From: Octopus vulgaris
Lineage: Eukaryota
Length of the DNA: 64,000 nucleotides
Direction: 5' to 3'
NCBI GenBank assembly: GCA_951406725.2
Contig: OX597840.1
Span: forward strand, 22,878,001-22,942,000
The position numbers and the translations under genes were made by a program. The notes beneath the pieces are model-generated. The model saw only the letters and a list, made by a program, of their open reading frames with translations. It made no database searches and was not told the origin of the DNA. Positions 40,891 through 55,889 of the stretch are shown piece after piece; positions within the stretch are counted from its first letter, which is position 1; every line of letters starts with the position of its first letter.

Positions 40891-43201
40891 CATTTTTTTT
40901 ATTATGTTGACCTGTTAAATATTAATATTCGTCGTAAAAATTCTCTTGAAGCTGTCACTGTCCACTCTAACTTTTCACTCATTCAACATATTCTCATATT
41001 TTCATCGTTGACTCTCTCTGAATATATATTACTATGTAAGTATATTTCTATTGTATATGTATCATATTACGTACGTCTGTTTGTTTCGATGTGTTGAGTA
41101 AGTTACAAGAAAGAATCTCACTAAACAAAGACGAAATAGCGGAGGTAAAGGGCATGGACCGCACCTACCTTTCCCTAATTTTTTTGCGATGGAAACCCAC
41201 TTTTTCAACTTCGGTGAGGCTGTTCTTTCAATACTTTCGTTGTGTTCTCCTTTACATTCAGATATTTCATTGCATCTTTCCTTATTTCCTATATTATTTG
41301 TTAACGTCAGCTGGATACCTTGTGTAGATAACTTTTCTCTTTCTTCCTCACACGTAAATTCCGCGGGAAAATTACGATGTAATTTGTAAGACATGTGGAA
41401 TGTATAAAAATACGAGTGTGCACTTGAAATACTGAAACGAAAAGTAAATTTTGTATATACAAGAAATGGAACGGATTTTATTTAAAACCTAGGAAGTCTT
41501 TATTTCCGAAGGTTCTTCTCCATCATTACAACTTACAATTAATATCTATTTTTCAAAGGAATCTTTCTTTAAGCACCCAATATAACCGCTTATCACATAT
41601 TTTTATTTTGGGGAAATTTTCAAAAAATTTCTGCGTATTTCTGCTGTACATGCAAGGATTCAAACGGTTATGAAACCAACAAAGAAGGGAAAAAACCGAT
41701 TGAAGAGCAGTTTAGCTGTTAATTATCGCGCACCCCACGACCACCTGATACCTTCCGAGTTTCTTTCTCACTCTTACGTGCTAATGTTTTTCAATATCTT
41801 TATTCACATAAACACATTCAATGGTCCGTTGTTGGGATTTAAGGCATTATATATGAATTGCACTCTGTGTTTTTATGTTATTTTCAATTAATTACCTAAG
41901 TTATCCTTTTCTCTCTTCGTAATACATATATATTTAAATTCAAATTACGATGAACGGAAACAAACAAACGAAGTTTGCTTTAGAAGCTTTGAGATGTCTT
42001 AGGAAGTTTAAGAAATGATTTTAAATTCTCAAAGGCAGGATATTGCTAATAATATAGCCTGAACAGGATAAGCTACCCCTATTTTGCAGAAAAGTGTTGG
42101 CGGCCGGCTATGAGACTCGAACTCACACCTCCGTGATTACGCGTCTCTGTGTTTTTCACTCACCACAATAAACAATATTTCGTTGCAAAGTAAGAAGGAA
42201 GAGAAACATTAATTGTAACTTGTAAGAATTTAAAAGTAAAGAAAAAAAAACGAGAATAATTTAATGTTATAACTACATCATTTGCCCCCATTGAGAAGGA
42301 TTGTCACCAATTTCCTTCTCCACCTCAACCAATAAATTTTCCTACATGAAAAATTCCCCACAAAAGATTTTGATGCTGTTAGTCATCCATACTGATTATT
42401 TCCTGACTTTTATTCATGTTTCATGTAACACAGAATATTGACATTAAGCTGCCTGTATGTGTATTTATATATTTATAAATGTACGGAAAGAGGCAGATGA
42501 GGTGTGATATCTCTTTTACGACACATGACTGAGATGAAAGCATCAGATATCTAGTGTTATTGACATGTATATTGGTGTGTGTCTATGACAGACTTAATGT
42601 CCAATAGATGTTATTATACTACATGTGTCTACACCCTGATATAAACTTCTTGAAAACAGAGAGATGGGATAAATTTGATAGTTCAGATAAAGAATTACTT
42701 CTACAATTTATGAAAACAGAAATGTCGTAAATTTGCACTTTTGAATATCTGCCTTTTAAACATACTTGATGTCTTATATTATTTTTTCTATTCTTTCAGA
42801 AAATCACATGAAATTGGCTAAAGAGTATTTTTTGCTTTTAAAGAATCATCAATATGTATCATGTTTGAAAGACTCTGCAAAGATATTCTACAAACGTATA
42901 ATCCTGCTTCTATAAAACATTGCTGAATTACAGTAAAATATTTCCTCTGAGAGAGATAGCATTTCTTTACTTCTGTGTCTGAAATGTGCAAGAGATAATT
43001 TTCTCTTTTAAATATACTTTGATGGATTTACAAAGAGTATTTGCGACATTTTTAAATATTGGCATTGATCACATTTAGAAGAAATATAAGAGAAGTGATA
43101 TTTATTTGGAATAAACTATAAAAGAAAAAAGAAGCAAAATATCCATATATTTTGGTGAGAGGAGAAATATTTTTGAAAAGTTGTTGATCTGTACAACTTG
43201 A

Positions 43202-44089
<888 letters not shown>

Positions 44090-45007
44090 AAACCATACCC
44101 CTGTGAAAGCTGTGGTAAGACATTCTCTGGAAACAGTCACTTAACTATCCACAAATGCATTCACACTCAAGAAAAATAAATTCACAGTGATATCTGTGGC
44201 AAATCATTTACACAAAATCATTTCTGATTTAAACAGAAGTCTTTCCTTATGAAGTGGGTCCATAACACAGTGATATTTGTTGTACAACATTTCCTCAGAA
44301 GGACAAAGGACGTATCTCATAAAGACATCCACAGAATACAGAAACTATATGAATGTGACATCTATAGTAAATCTTTGACATGAAATCATCCATTATTGAA
44401 TCAAAAGAGCATTGACAGAGGAAGGAAAACATATCACTGTGATGTTAAACCTGAATCATACTTTCAAAATGGTGAATTAATTATACACAGTCCTGTTAAT
44501 ATGAAGAATAGCCATACCCTAAGATATCTGATAATGATCAATTATAACATAAATGAATTCAAACAGAAGAGGAACCATATCACTACGATGATGATCCTCA
44601 TCATTTAACATTCACTTTTACATTCTTCTATGGATCAGATTGAATTCATTGATACCTTCCCTGTTTCCAAGCAAGGAAATATTTTCCCTGGTGAGACATA
44701 TTTTACACAGAAGACTGCAAATGAACAACTACAGAAGTATGACGGTCATGATGGCCATTTATGAACACCACATAATATCTGGACGAGGGAACACACACAC
44801 ACACTTATGTATGTCTGAAGATTTTCTTATAGGAAATATCTTACATGTTCTCTACACATCTAATAGTTTGTAATTCCTATTAGGAAATGAAACACATGTA
44901 ATGCTGAATAAATAATACCAAACTTTTCTCCACTGTCCTTATGTGTTATGTGATTACTCTGCAAAAAATATCATCCAAACCGCCCACAAAAATAATATAT
45001 ATGTATA

Positions 45008-45499
45008 CCGTAAATCCTCGAGTATAATCCGCATTTTTTTCCTAAAATTAACGGTCAAAATCCCTAGTGCGTACTATATACAAGGTTAAAAATGAAAAAT
45101 ATCTTCTAAGCAATGTCCGAGTCTCTATTTTGCTGTCAGGCAATGTTTGTTCAGACGCATTTTGTGCTGTCAGGCGCGAAAATACCTTAAGCTAAGCCTG
45201 AAAGCAATGAAGTCATAAAATAATCATCCATAACTTGCAATAAGCAACATTTATTAAAATAAAAGTATTCAGAACACAGAATAACATGTAACAAAAACAA
45301 TTTGCAAACCTATTTACATTCCCATATAACAGTTAAAAACATCACCATTATTGTATTACGCATGCGTGGAAGTGTTTGTTTGACTAGGTGCTGCTGGCTT
45401 AATTACGCACGATTCAAGTTAGAGAAGGGATGTGTATTATACACAAGGTTTAGGTTTAGGTGTTATACTCAAGTGTGGACTATACTCGAGGATTTACAG
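45008..45499. mobile_element. Tc1/mariner-superfamily MITE (duplicated with its segment)
   Basis: Same TIRs and flanks. Confidence 0.72.
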
Positions 45500-45987
45500 T
45501 ATATATATATATATATATAGTAACCAGCTTGTTTGTGGTGAAAGTTGGTGTGCATCAGGGATCTGTGTTGTCACCATTGTTGTTTGCAATAGTGGTTGAT
45601 GTGGAGAAGGAGAGTGCAAGAAATAGACTGTAAATGGAGATACTGTATGCAGATGACCTTGTTCTGATGAGAGAGAAGTTTTGGAAATGGAAAGAGGCAT
45701 TTGAAAGCAAGGGTTTGAAGGTAAACCTTGGGGAGAGAAAGGTGATAGTGAGTGGGGTGGAAGTAGAAGTGTTGGTGAGTAAGGTGGATCCATGTAGAAA
45801 GAGAAAATGATGTTTTATAAACGCATTCTACCAGTATACGAAGTTTAAAATTTTTTATTTACCTAGAAATTATGTTAAAAAACAGCCATTCAAACCAAAA
45901 CGATCTGATAATTTTAATATTTGAGGGATTCATATAATTTTCCATGCAGAATTTCATCAGTTAATTTGCTTCTTCCACAGAAAGTTG

Positions 45988-46397
45988 GGATCTTTTCGGT
46001 TTGAATGGCAGTTTTTTAAAATAATTTCTAGGTAACTAAACACTTTTAAACTTCGTATACTGGTAGAATGTGTTTATAAAACATCTTTTTCTCTTGGCTT
46101 TATTGAGAAAATTCTATAGTTTGTAAGATATTTGTTGTTTTTTTCCTTCAATTTCTGCAATTTCAACCAATCAATGACGTCTATTGAGGTGAAAACATTC
46201 TCTGCCGTATGAATATGTCCCTCGCTTAAGAAACAGATTGGGTTTATTTACATTTGTGAAGAAAAAAGATACCCTTTCCCCTAACCCCAACCCTAAAACA
46301 GATTGGAATGCAATAGATCGATACTAGGGTCATAATTATGGGTGACAATTTCATATGACACTGCTAGAAAAAACTGCCGTTCAAACCGAAAAGATCC
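45988..46397. mobile_element. Merlin-like MITE, complete
   Basis: TIRs intact; 8-bp TSD GAAAGTTG/AAAAGTTG; partial copies also at ~2055-2403, 39525-39893, 45800-45905, 62823-62915 and 62996-63230. Confidence 0.85.
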
Positions 46398-48364
46398 AAA
46401 AGTTGTTTTTAAGTTACAATGGCTTAAAGTTCGATTATGTTTACTCATTCACAAAACAGGGTTTGGAAGCTATCATTTTGAGCATGGCAACACGTGTTGT
46501 CAGATATTTGTGAATCTGTATTCTTCACACGGTAATTCATAGGGTACTTTTACTTTTGTTTCAGTCATTCGACTGCGGCCATGCTGGAGCACCACTTGTA
46601 GTCGAACAAACCTACAACTCTCTCTCTTCTCTCTCCCCTCCTTAATTCTTTTGTTCCTCTTTTTCTCTCTCTTCTGTTCCCACGTAACCGATAGCCCAGA
46701 CAGCTAACCCTCTTTTTGCGTCTGACCACGGTCAGTGCAACATCGATATTCTTCCCTGTGTTTGTGAAAGCTCTGTATCTCTGCCGTAAGGCTTCATTTC
46801 CACACACACCAGCTGAATTCAATTCGTCCCCAGTCGAAAGACACCTGTTGTTATGTCCTGTTATTATTATTAATATTTTTATTGTATTTTTGTATTTATA
46901 TTTGTGTAACATTGTCTGTTTTTCCGTCCTTATTTTCGTATACATTCCATGCTTTCTTCCAAGGAATCTGATGCTCTTAGCTTACTTTTTCCTTGGGGCT
47001 GGCCAGATTGGAGCAATCTCAAGATTAATCAGCCGAAATTGCGAGGACGACCTGGTTCTTTACAGGGGACAGAAAGCTTCGAATGACCCGTCCTTTCTTT
47101 TTCATAAAGGACCCGTTTGTACTTTGGTGTGAAATAATTTTTCCACACGTTTTTTTTAGTGCATTCAACGATGCTCAGTCCAAACCCAAGACCCGCCACA
47201 TTCTTCCAGAAAAGAAAGGGGGAGGGGTGGAGGGGGACCTTGGAGTTTCCCACCAACAGAGTTTTGTTTTGGTTTTTTTTCTGGGTTATTTTACATGCTT
47301 TCAATGTAAGACATTGAAATTATACGTAAACGGCTCCTTTCCTTAGAAAAAGAAAGATTCGGCCACTATTTCTTGCATGCCCTACTACCACGTAACAGCG
47401 ATTTTGAGTCCTTTATCGTAAATAGCTGTTGTATGGTAACAGGGCATGCTAGAAATAGCAACCAAGTCTTTGGAAATGAGATACATTGAATGCACTTGAA
47501 AAAAACCTATGGAAAGAATTTATTTCACAGTGAGGTTATGAACAGGTCTTTTACGAAATATTTACGGTATTTCTAAAGCCATCTTCACTTTAAAATATTT
47601 TTAAAATATGCCAAAACAATTTTCGTAATGGTATTCAATTGAAAATAATAAAAAAATTAATAAAATTGTCTGTTTAAAGAAAGCTAAAATATAAATACAA
47701 AAAAGCAAAAATAGAAACATTTCCTGTAAAAACAACTTTTTTTGTTGGCAGTTAGTCATAATGTGTCTAACCGAAAGGCTAGAAATTCTTCCTTTTTAGT
47801 GTTAAGTTATTTTTGGTGTATTTTCCCAATATGCACTGTTCTGGGTATTTATACCCACCAAAACTCCTAATATCTCAAGAACCAGTTGTCCAATTCACGC
47901 GAAACTTGTTTTATTCCGTTTGTATTCACATTTCAGGAAAGTCTTAATTCTTAGTATTTTCCCCATTATGTGCCATTTTGGCTATGTAACATTTGAAGCA
48001 AGATTGAAGTTCATTTTTAATGTAATATATGTGTGTGTGTGTATAGGTCTGCCTACTTACAACTGCAATACAAGTATTTAGTTGTGAATAAACCATTATA
48101 CTTGGCACTTGTTGCCCTGGAGAAAGGCTTTGATAGAATTTCTCAGTTGGCCACACACAAAGGTTCAACAGAACCTACTGAAGCAAGCCGACGTGCTTCT
48201 GGCATTATCACAGGCAAGAGCAAGAAGTCGACATTAAAGTTCATACTGTTTTCAAATTTTGGCACAAGGCCAGCAATTCCACGTGTGTGTGTGTTAAGTT
48301 GAATATGTCGATTCCAGTGCTCAACTGTTGATTACTTCCACCAACCCCCAAAAGGACGAAAGAC

Positions 48365-51300
48365 AAAGTCCACCTTGGCAGAATTTAAATGCAAATGTCA
48401 TGTCAGAAGAACCACAGCTAAGCATTTTCCCCAATGTGCTAACGACCCTGCCAGTTCGCCACTTTAGTTTATTATTAATTACTAGTGGGACCCATGTAAA
48501 TTCTACGGAATGAAAAAAATTAAGAGGACCTATTTAAGAAAGAGAGGATGATTTGCATTTTTATAGCATTCATAGTTTTAGCTTTCTTTGAATATACTTG
48601 GCATCTGTCTACATCCAATTCCTCACAACACCATCGGTGCCATTTTTTTCCACTTTTTTATTATATCTTCTTAGTGTTCTATGCTCTAGATCTGTGCATC
48701 TTTTCTCAGGCAGCTTGCAACTGTGTCTCTTGTGAATCCATAGTTTAGGCTAAATTAATCCTTAGAAACAAATATCAATCTCTTAAGTGAGAAGACGATA
48801 AATAATTGCACAGAAGTGCAAGTGTTGAGTGATGGTCTCTATAAAAAAAAGAAATTCCTTTTCACTATCAACACACCACCACCATCATCTCTCTCTCTCT
48901 GCCTTTCTTTAATCTCACCATCAGAACATCACCCCTCTGCTAAGATTATATTTTTAACTCTTCTCTATATCACAACCTTCAGCTAGCTTTTTTAACCATA
49001 AAATAACTATTACATTCCCCCTATCACATGTCATACTTGCTTCTTTCTTAGTCTTTTGTCTCTCCTTTTTCTTCCTTTCTCTATTTGCCTCACTCTTTGT
49101 CTTATCATCTTTTCTCTCTCTACCCCCTTTTCTCTAATAACATGAAAGTGTTACTGATGAGCTAAGTAACAGAATGAGAAGCAGAATTATTATAAGATCA
49201 CCTTACTCTATTTCTCCCTCCCTTTTCTCCAATTCTATCCCCACCCCTTATTTATTCCACTAATCTAATGAAAGCATAACAGCTGTACAAACAAGCTGGT
49301 TATTATATATATACATAAATATCATTTTTGTCTGAGGTTTGGATAATATTTTTTGCAGAGTAATTACATATCACATAAGGAGACTGGAAAACAGTTTGAT
49401 AGTATTTATTCAGCATTACATATGTTTCATTACCTAATAGGAATTACAAACTTTTAGACTAAGAGAAAACATGTAAAATATCTCCTATAAGAAATTCTTC
49501 ATATATACATATATACACGTGTGTGTGTGTATGCACAAGTGAGTGTATCCTTGTACAGACATTATGTGATGTCCGTAAATGGCCATCATGACCGTCATAC
49601 TTCTGCAGTTCTTCATTTCCAGTCCTCTGCGTAAATTATGTCTCACCAGGGAAAATATTTCCTTGCTTGGAAACAGGTGAGGATTGGTGACAAGAAAGGC
49701 TACCCAGCTCAGGAAAAGCTCCATCAATGAATTCCATCTGATCCATTGAAGCATGGAAAAGCGAATTTTAAATGATGATGATTATCATCATTGTAGTGAT
49801 ATGGTTCCTCTTCTGTATGAATGCAGTTATGTTTTAATAATTGATCATTTCCATAGATTGATTTAGCACAAATGTCTTAGGGTATGGCTTTATCTTTCAT
49901 ATTAATATGACTGTGTAGAATTCTCCATTTTGATAGAATGATTAAGCACTGCTATCACAGTGATATGTTCTCCTTCCTCTGTCAATGCTCTTTTGATTCG
50001 TTAATGGATCATTTTAAATGAAAGGCTTACCATTGATATCACTTTGATATAGTTTCTTTCTTGTGTAGAGGGTTTTATGAGATACAAACTCGTCCTTCTC
50101 AAGGAATGTTATACAACCAATGTTGCTGTGTTATGGATCAACTTCATAACGAATACACTTGTGTTTAATTGAGTGATGTTTCTGTGAGAATGATTTACCA
50201 CAGATGTCACAGTGGTATGGTTTCTCACCTGTATGAATACGCTTGTGTGGGGTTAAGCTACCGCTTTCAGAGAATGATTTACCACAGATATCACAGGAAT
50301 ATGGTTTGTCTCCTGTATGAATACGTTTGTGTTTAATTAAGGTACTGCAATCAGAGTATGATTTATCACAAATATCACAGTGGTATGGTTTCTCCCCTGT
50401 ATGAATACGCTTGTGGTTGGTTAGGGTACTGCCACCAGAGAATGATTTACCACAGATATCACAGTGATATGGCTTGTCTCCTGTATGAATACGTTTATGT
50501 TTAGTTAAGCTACTGCCATCAGAGAATGATTTACCGCAGATATCACAGTGATATGGTTTATCCCCTGTATGAATACGTTTGTGAGTGGTTAGGTCACTAT
50601 TTCTAGAGAATGATTTACCACAGATATCACAGGGATATGGCTTGTCTCCTGTATGAATACGTTTGTGTGCAGTTAAGTTACTGCCACCAGAGAATGATTT
50701 ACCGCAGATATCACAGTGATATGGTTTGTCCCCTATATGAATACGCTTGTGAATATCTAAGCTATGAGCATGAGAGAATGATTTACCACAGATATCACAG
50801 TGATATGGTTTCTCACCTGTATGAATACGTTTGTGGTTAGCTAAGTCACTCCTTTGATAGAATGATTTACCACAGATATCACAGTGGTGTGGTTTCTCAC
50901 CTGTATGAACACGTTTGTGTTGAGTTAAGCTACTGCTTTGAGAGAATGATTTACCACAGATATTACAGGTATATGGTTTTTCTCCTGTATGAATACGTTT
51001 ATGTTTAGTTAAGCTACTGCCAACAGAGAATGATTTACCACAGATATCACACTGATATGGTTTCTCCCCTGTATGAATACGTTTGTGTGTAGCTAGGCTA
51101 CTGCCAGCAGAGAGTGATTTACCACAGATATCACAGGGATATGGTTTCTCTCCTGTATGAATATGTATGTGTCGTGTTAAGTGACTGCTACTTAAGAATG
51201 ATTTACCACAGATACTACAGTGATATGGTGCTTCCTCTGTATGAATTTGTTTGTGTTGATTGAATTTACTTTCTTCTAAGAATGACTCTTTGCAGATGTC

Positions 51301-52040
51301 ACAGTCATACGATGATTTTCCTAATTCTTCCGACATCTCTTCAAGAAAAATAAAACTGAACCTTCAAGTTGTACAGATCAACAACTTTTCAAAAATATTT
51401 ATCCTCTCACCAAAATATATGGATATTTTGCTTCTTTTTGCTTTTATAGTTTATTCCAAACAAATATCACTTCTCTTATATTTCTTCTGAACGTAATCAA
51501 TGCTAATATTTAAAAATGTTGCAAATACTCTTTGGAAATCTACCAAAGTATATTTAAAAGAGAAGATTATCTTTTGCACATTTCAGACACAGAAGTAAAG
51601 AAATGCTTTCTCTCTCTGAGGAAATATTTTACTGTAATTCAGCAATGTTTTATAGAAGCAGGATTATACGTTTGTAGAATATCTTTGCAGAGTCTTTCAA
51701 ACATGATACATATTGATGATTCTTTAAAAGTAAAAAATACTTTTTAGCCAATTTCATGTGATTTTTCTGAAAGAATAGAAAAAATAATATAAGACATAAA
51801 GCATGTTTAAAAGGCAGATATTCAAAAGTGAAAATTTACGACATTTCTGTTTTCATAAATTGTAGAATTGATCCTTTATCTGAACTATTATATTCATCCC
51901 ATCTCTCTATTTTCAAGAGGTTTATATCACAGACACATCCATCGTAATAACACCTCCTGGACATTGCGTCTGTCCTAGACACACACACACACACACCAAT
52001 ATACATGTCAATGACAGTAGATATCTGATGTTTTCCCCTC
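48365..52040. repeat. Segmental duplication, direct copy of ~8240-11970
   Basis: Shared 3' flank, ZNF and upstream sequence. Confidence 0.9.
50131..51336 (-). CDS. Tandem C2H2 zinc-finger protein, ~14 fingers
   Basis: 401-aa ORF; paralogue of 10147..11268. Confidence 0.92.
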   Translation of the reverse strand: MSEELGKSSYDCDICKESFLEESKFNQHKQIHTEEAPYHCSICGKSFLSSSHLTRHIHIHTGEKPYPCDICGKSLSAGSSLATHKRIHTGEKPYQCDICGKSFSVGSSLTKHKRIHTGEKPYTCNICGKSFSQSSSLTQHKRVHTGEKPHHCDICGKSFYQRSDLANHKRIHTGEKPYHCDICGKSFSHAHSLDIHKRIHIGDKPYHCDICGKSFSGGSNLTAHKRIHTGDKPYPCDICGKSFSRNSDLTTHKRIHTGDKPYHCDICGKSFSDGSSLTKHKRIHTGDKPYHCDICGKSFSGGSTLTNHKRIHTGEKPYHCDICDKSYSDCSTLIKHKRIHTGDKPYSCDICGKSFSESGSLTPHKRIHTGEKPYHCDICGKSFSQKHHSIKHKCIRYEVDP

Positions 52041-53927
52041 AGTGTTCTATTGTATCAACACAGGTTTGCTTTATAACATAGATATCACTCCTCCTCTGCC
52101 TCTTTCTGTATATGCGTAAATATACAAATATATATATGTGGTTAGCTTAATGTTAACCTTTTGTTGAGCATAAAAGATGCATAAAAGTCAGTAAATAATA
52201 TTGATGTCTGACTTGCAGCATCAAAATCTTTTGTGGGGAATTTTTGATGTTAAGAAAAATTGTTGGTTGATGAAATTGGTGACAATCCTTCTCCATGGGG
52301 CAAATGGAAGAGGCTTCAATGAAGTCTATCCTTATTTTACGGAAAAACTATAATTTCTTTTCATTGTTATGCACATAGTTTTAAAATTTAACCATTCTTG
52401 TTATTTCCTTTTAATTATAAATTCTTACACATTATAATTAATGTTTCTCTTCCTTGTTGCTTCAAAACGAAATATTGTTTATCTGGATGAGTGAAAAATA
52501 TATTCATATTAAATATATACGCATTACGAAGAAAGAAAAGGATAACTTGCATAATTAATTGAAAATAACATTAAAAAAAGGGTGCAATTCTGCTTTAAAC
52601 ATTATATAGTTCCTTAAAATTTTTTCCCCATTTTTCTGTGGAATTTTCGGAAAATTCTCCAAATTTGTGACCTACATTATCAAAAAAATTGTTTCCCATT
52701 TTTTAAAAAATTGCCACTGTAGAACTTTGCTTAAATCCCAACAATGTGTTTATGTGGAGAAGGATATCTTTTCTACTCTAGGCACAAGGCCAGAAATTTT
52801 GGGAGAGGGAGGCCCAGTGGATTAGATAGACCCCAGTACGCAACTGGTACTAAATTTATCGACCTCGAAAGGATGAAAGGCAAAGTCGACCTCGGCGGAA
52901 TTTGAACTCACGTGCTAACGATTCTACCAGCTCGCCGGTTTTATATGGAGAAAAATACTGAAAAACGTCAGCACATCAGAGTGACAAAGAAACTAGGGAG
53001 GTATCAGGTGGTAGTGAGATGTGCGAAAAATAACAGCCAAATAGCTCTTAAAGCACACAGTTTTTGCTTTTTTGTTGAATTCTCGTGTGTAGAATATGTA
53101 TTTGCAAAAATTTTCTGAAAATTCCGGAAAAAACAAAACAAACCCCAGATATTAATTGTAAGTTGTAATGATGCAGAAGAAACGCCAGAAATAAAGACTT
53201 CCTATGTCTCAAATAAAAGCCATTTCCTCTCGATACGATATTTGCTTTCGTTTTAGTATTTCAAGTGCACACTCGTATTTTTATACATTCCCCATTTCTT
53301 ACTAATTACATCGTAATTTTCCCGCTTTTAACGAAATCGTCGAATTTACACGTCAGAAAGAAAGATAAATGTTATCTAAACAAGGGATTGATCCGACGTT
53401 TTTACAAATAATTTAGAAAATAACCAAAAGTGCAATGAAATGTCTAAAAGAAAACGACAACACAATGAAAGTATTAAAATTACAGCCTTTCGTATAATTT
53501 CGTCTTAGTGAGATTTTTTTTCCTTTTAACTTTCTCAACACATCGAAACAAATAAATGTACATAATACGACACATATATAATAGAAATGTTTAAATAAAT
53601 ACTTACATAGTAATAGATATGGAGAGAAAGAGTGAAGGAGGAAGATGTGAGAACTGGAGTCAGAGTGGACAACGACAGCTTCAAGAGAATTTCTAGGTTT
53701 CTACAACAAACGTTAATTAATATTTTTCAGGTCCACATAATCGTAAATGCTGTATCTGTTTCTTTAGACAGTTAATTACCAACCATTTGTATATATTTTA
53801 TTGGGTTTTCTCTTAAATATCAGTCGTCAAGTGGAACTGATCAAACAATGAAGGTGCGTGAGAAACAAGAACAAGAAATACACTTAATGAGGAAGAGTTT
53901 TGACAATGAACAAAGGGAACTAACTCC

Positions 53928-55618
53928 AATTTCTTTATTACCCACCAGGGGCGACGAAGGGGGGACATTACAAAACATTGGGGACATAGAACATTAACAT
54001 TAAATTTATGAACAATGAATTAATAAATGAAAAAATGATAATATGAAAGCGACGCTAACGGCCCCATCCGCCAGCATCACTTACCTGTCCTTTATCACCC
54101 ATTTCCAATTACAATTCCTAGTTTTTCTCACACTCTTCGTTTTCCTTTCATACATCTCTATCATTTCACCCTGCATCGGCACTGTCATCCATTTTATACG
54201 CTCTTCCTCACACCTCCTCGCCAATGTCTCCATAAATTCATATTTCACAACCGCGTAACTACCATCTTCATGTTCGCGCCATAAGTCTTTATGTACCATC
54301 CTTTTCGAGTTCTGGGTGTCCCTTCTCCTCGCAACACACAAAAAATAGGTCCTGGGACTTTGTTCGTTCTGTGTGTCTGCATTTGTTTTTGTTTTTCTTG
54401 TAGGCGGGGAGTGGGTGGTATCGCTGTTTGCAGGGGAGGGATGGGACTCAGATGGTACGGGTGGTGTTGGGGTGGGTTAGGGTTTCGTACTGTTTTCTTT
54501 TTTCTTTCTTTTCCTTTTTTTTTCTCCCTTCTTCCCACTCTTGCTGGATCTCCTCCCCTTCAGTTGCTTCCCTTTCTGTTTGGTTCTCCTTTTCTTTAGT
54601 GTCTTCCTTCTTTTGGGGTTCCGTAACGATTTCCTTTTCCTTTGGTGGGGGAGGGCAGTAGGCTCTTATGTGACCCCTCAGGCCACACTTATAGCACCTG
54701 GGTGCCCTGCCCTCCACCCACACTCTCATAATAATGTTCCCCGTTCCTACAGTATCTGTCAGCCCTTCCACTGCTTCCGCCTCCGTCTGTATATTCATGT
54801 CCAAGGTAGCACCTCTCACGCCTTCGTATTTCATCGTGGCGTGGAGGATGTCCACCTTTTCCTCGTTTCCCTTAATCACCGCTGCCGTTATGTATTCACC
54901 CTCTAGGTGTGGAGGTATTCCCCCCACCCTAATTCTTGTGGTCCTTCTATTTAGATACGAGGGCAGTAAGTATATTTTCTCGGTCTTCACCACCTTGGCT
55001 GCTATTTTTTTGGCGACGTTCTCACTTCTATACTGCACCGTTACCGTTCCACACTCCATTCCTCCAGTCAGGTAAACAATTTCCTCTCCAGTCTGTTTCA
55101 ATGCCTCTTCAATAACTTCCATATTGACTATTTCCATCTTTCTTCCTCCATTCTCGTACACTCTATATTTTATGGTTCTACGGTTGAACCACTCGCCCCG
55201 CTTTGCTGGAGGTGACACCTCGACTTCGCCGTTCTCCTCCTCCTTCATAAAATTCTGGAAGCCTGGTAGTTCAGCCAGGTCCACCTCTTTTTCTATCGAC
55301 TTCCTCATTATTCCTGCGTAGGTACTTTCCAGCTTCCTGTCCATTTTTGCCACTGCTTCTTCCAACTCCTCCTCAGATGTTGACAATTCCGGCAAACTTT
55401 CAAATAAATACCTCCCGGCCATCTCACCAGTTAGGGAGAGGCGGCTCATAATCTCCTCAGACCGAAAACGGCCGCCCAAACAGAAACAGTGCAACGCGCA
55501 GAACCAGTGCGACGCGAAACCGCATCAACCGAAGTTCAAAACTCCACAACAACAACACTTTTTGTTCTTTTTCACCGAATTCTACGAGCCGAGAATAACA
55601 CAACCGACGTCAAACGTT
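53928..55618 (-). mobile_element. ORF1-only non-autonomous Tx1-like element (HAL1-like, element B), ~1.7 kb
   Basis: ORF 54448..55494 is homologous to A ORF1 (LLPSY, VEGRAPRCYKCGLRGHIRAYC); no RT; 3' end TAATAAAGAAAT; perfect 14-bp flanking repeat GGAGTTAGTTCCCT. Confidence 0.85.
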
Positions 55619-55889
55619 AGGGAACTAACTCCATATTTCTTTATTATGATTATACAATCGTTACATAGAAGGACAAATACAGGACATACATGCAAAAAAC
55701 AGTTAAGAGGTTCGATTAAAAATTTTCCATAACATTTGGATTATTCATTATAAAAATTCGTCTGTAAATTGTCCTTTACATGACCAATAGAATATTATAA
55801 CATTACATAAACTTTCGATCTTACCGAAGTTTTAAACCCCGGCAATTTATAAGGCCCCGCAGCTTTTGTTTCCTCTCCTCCCTCCATAG

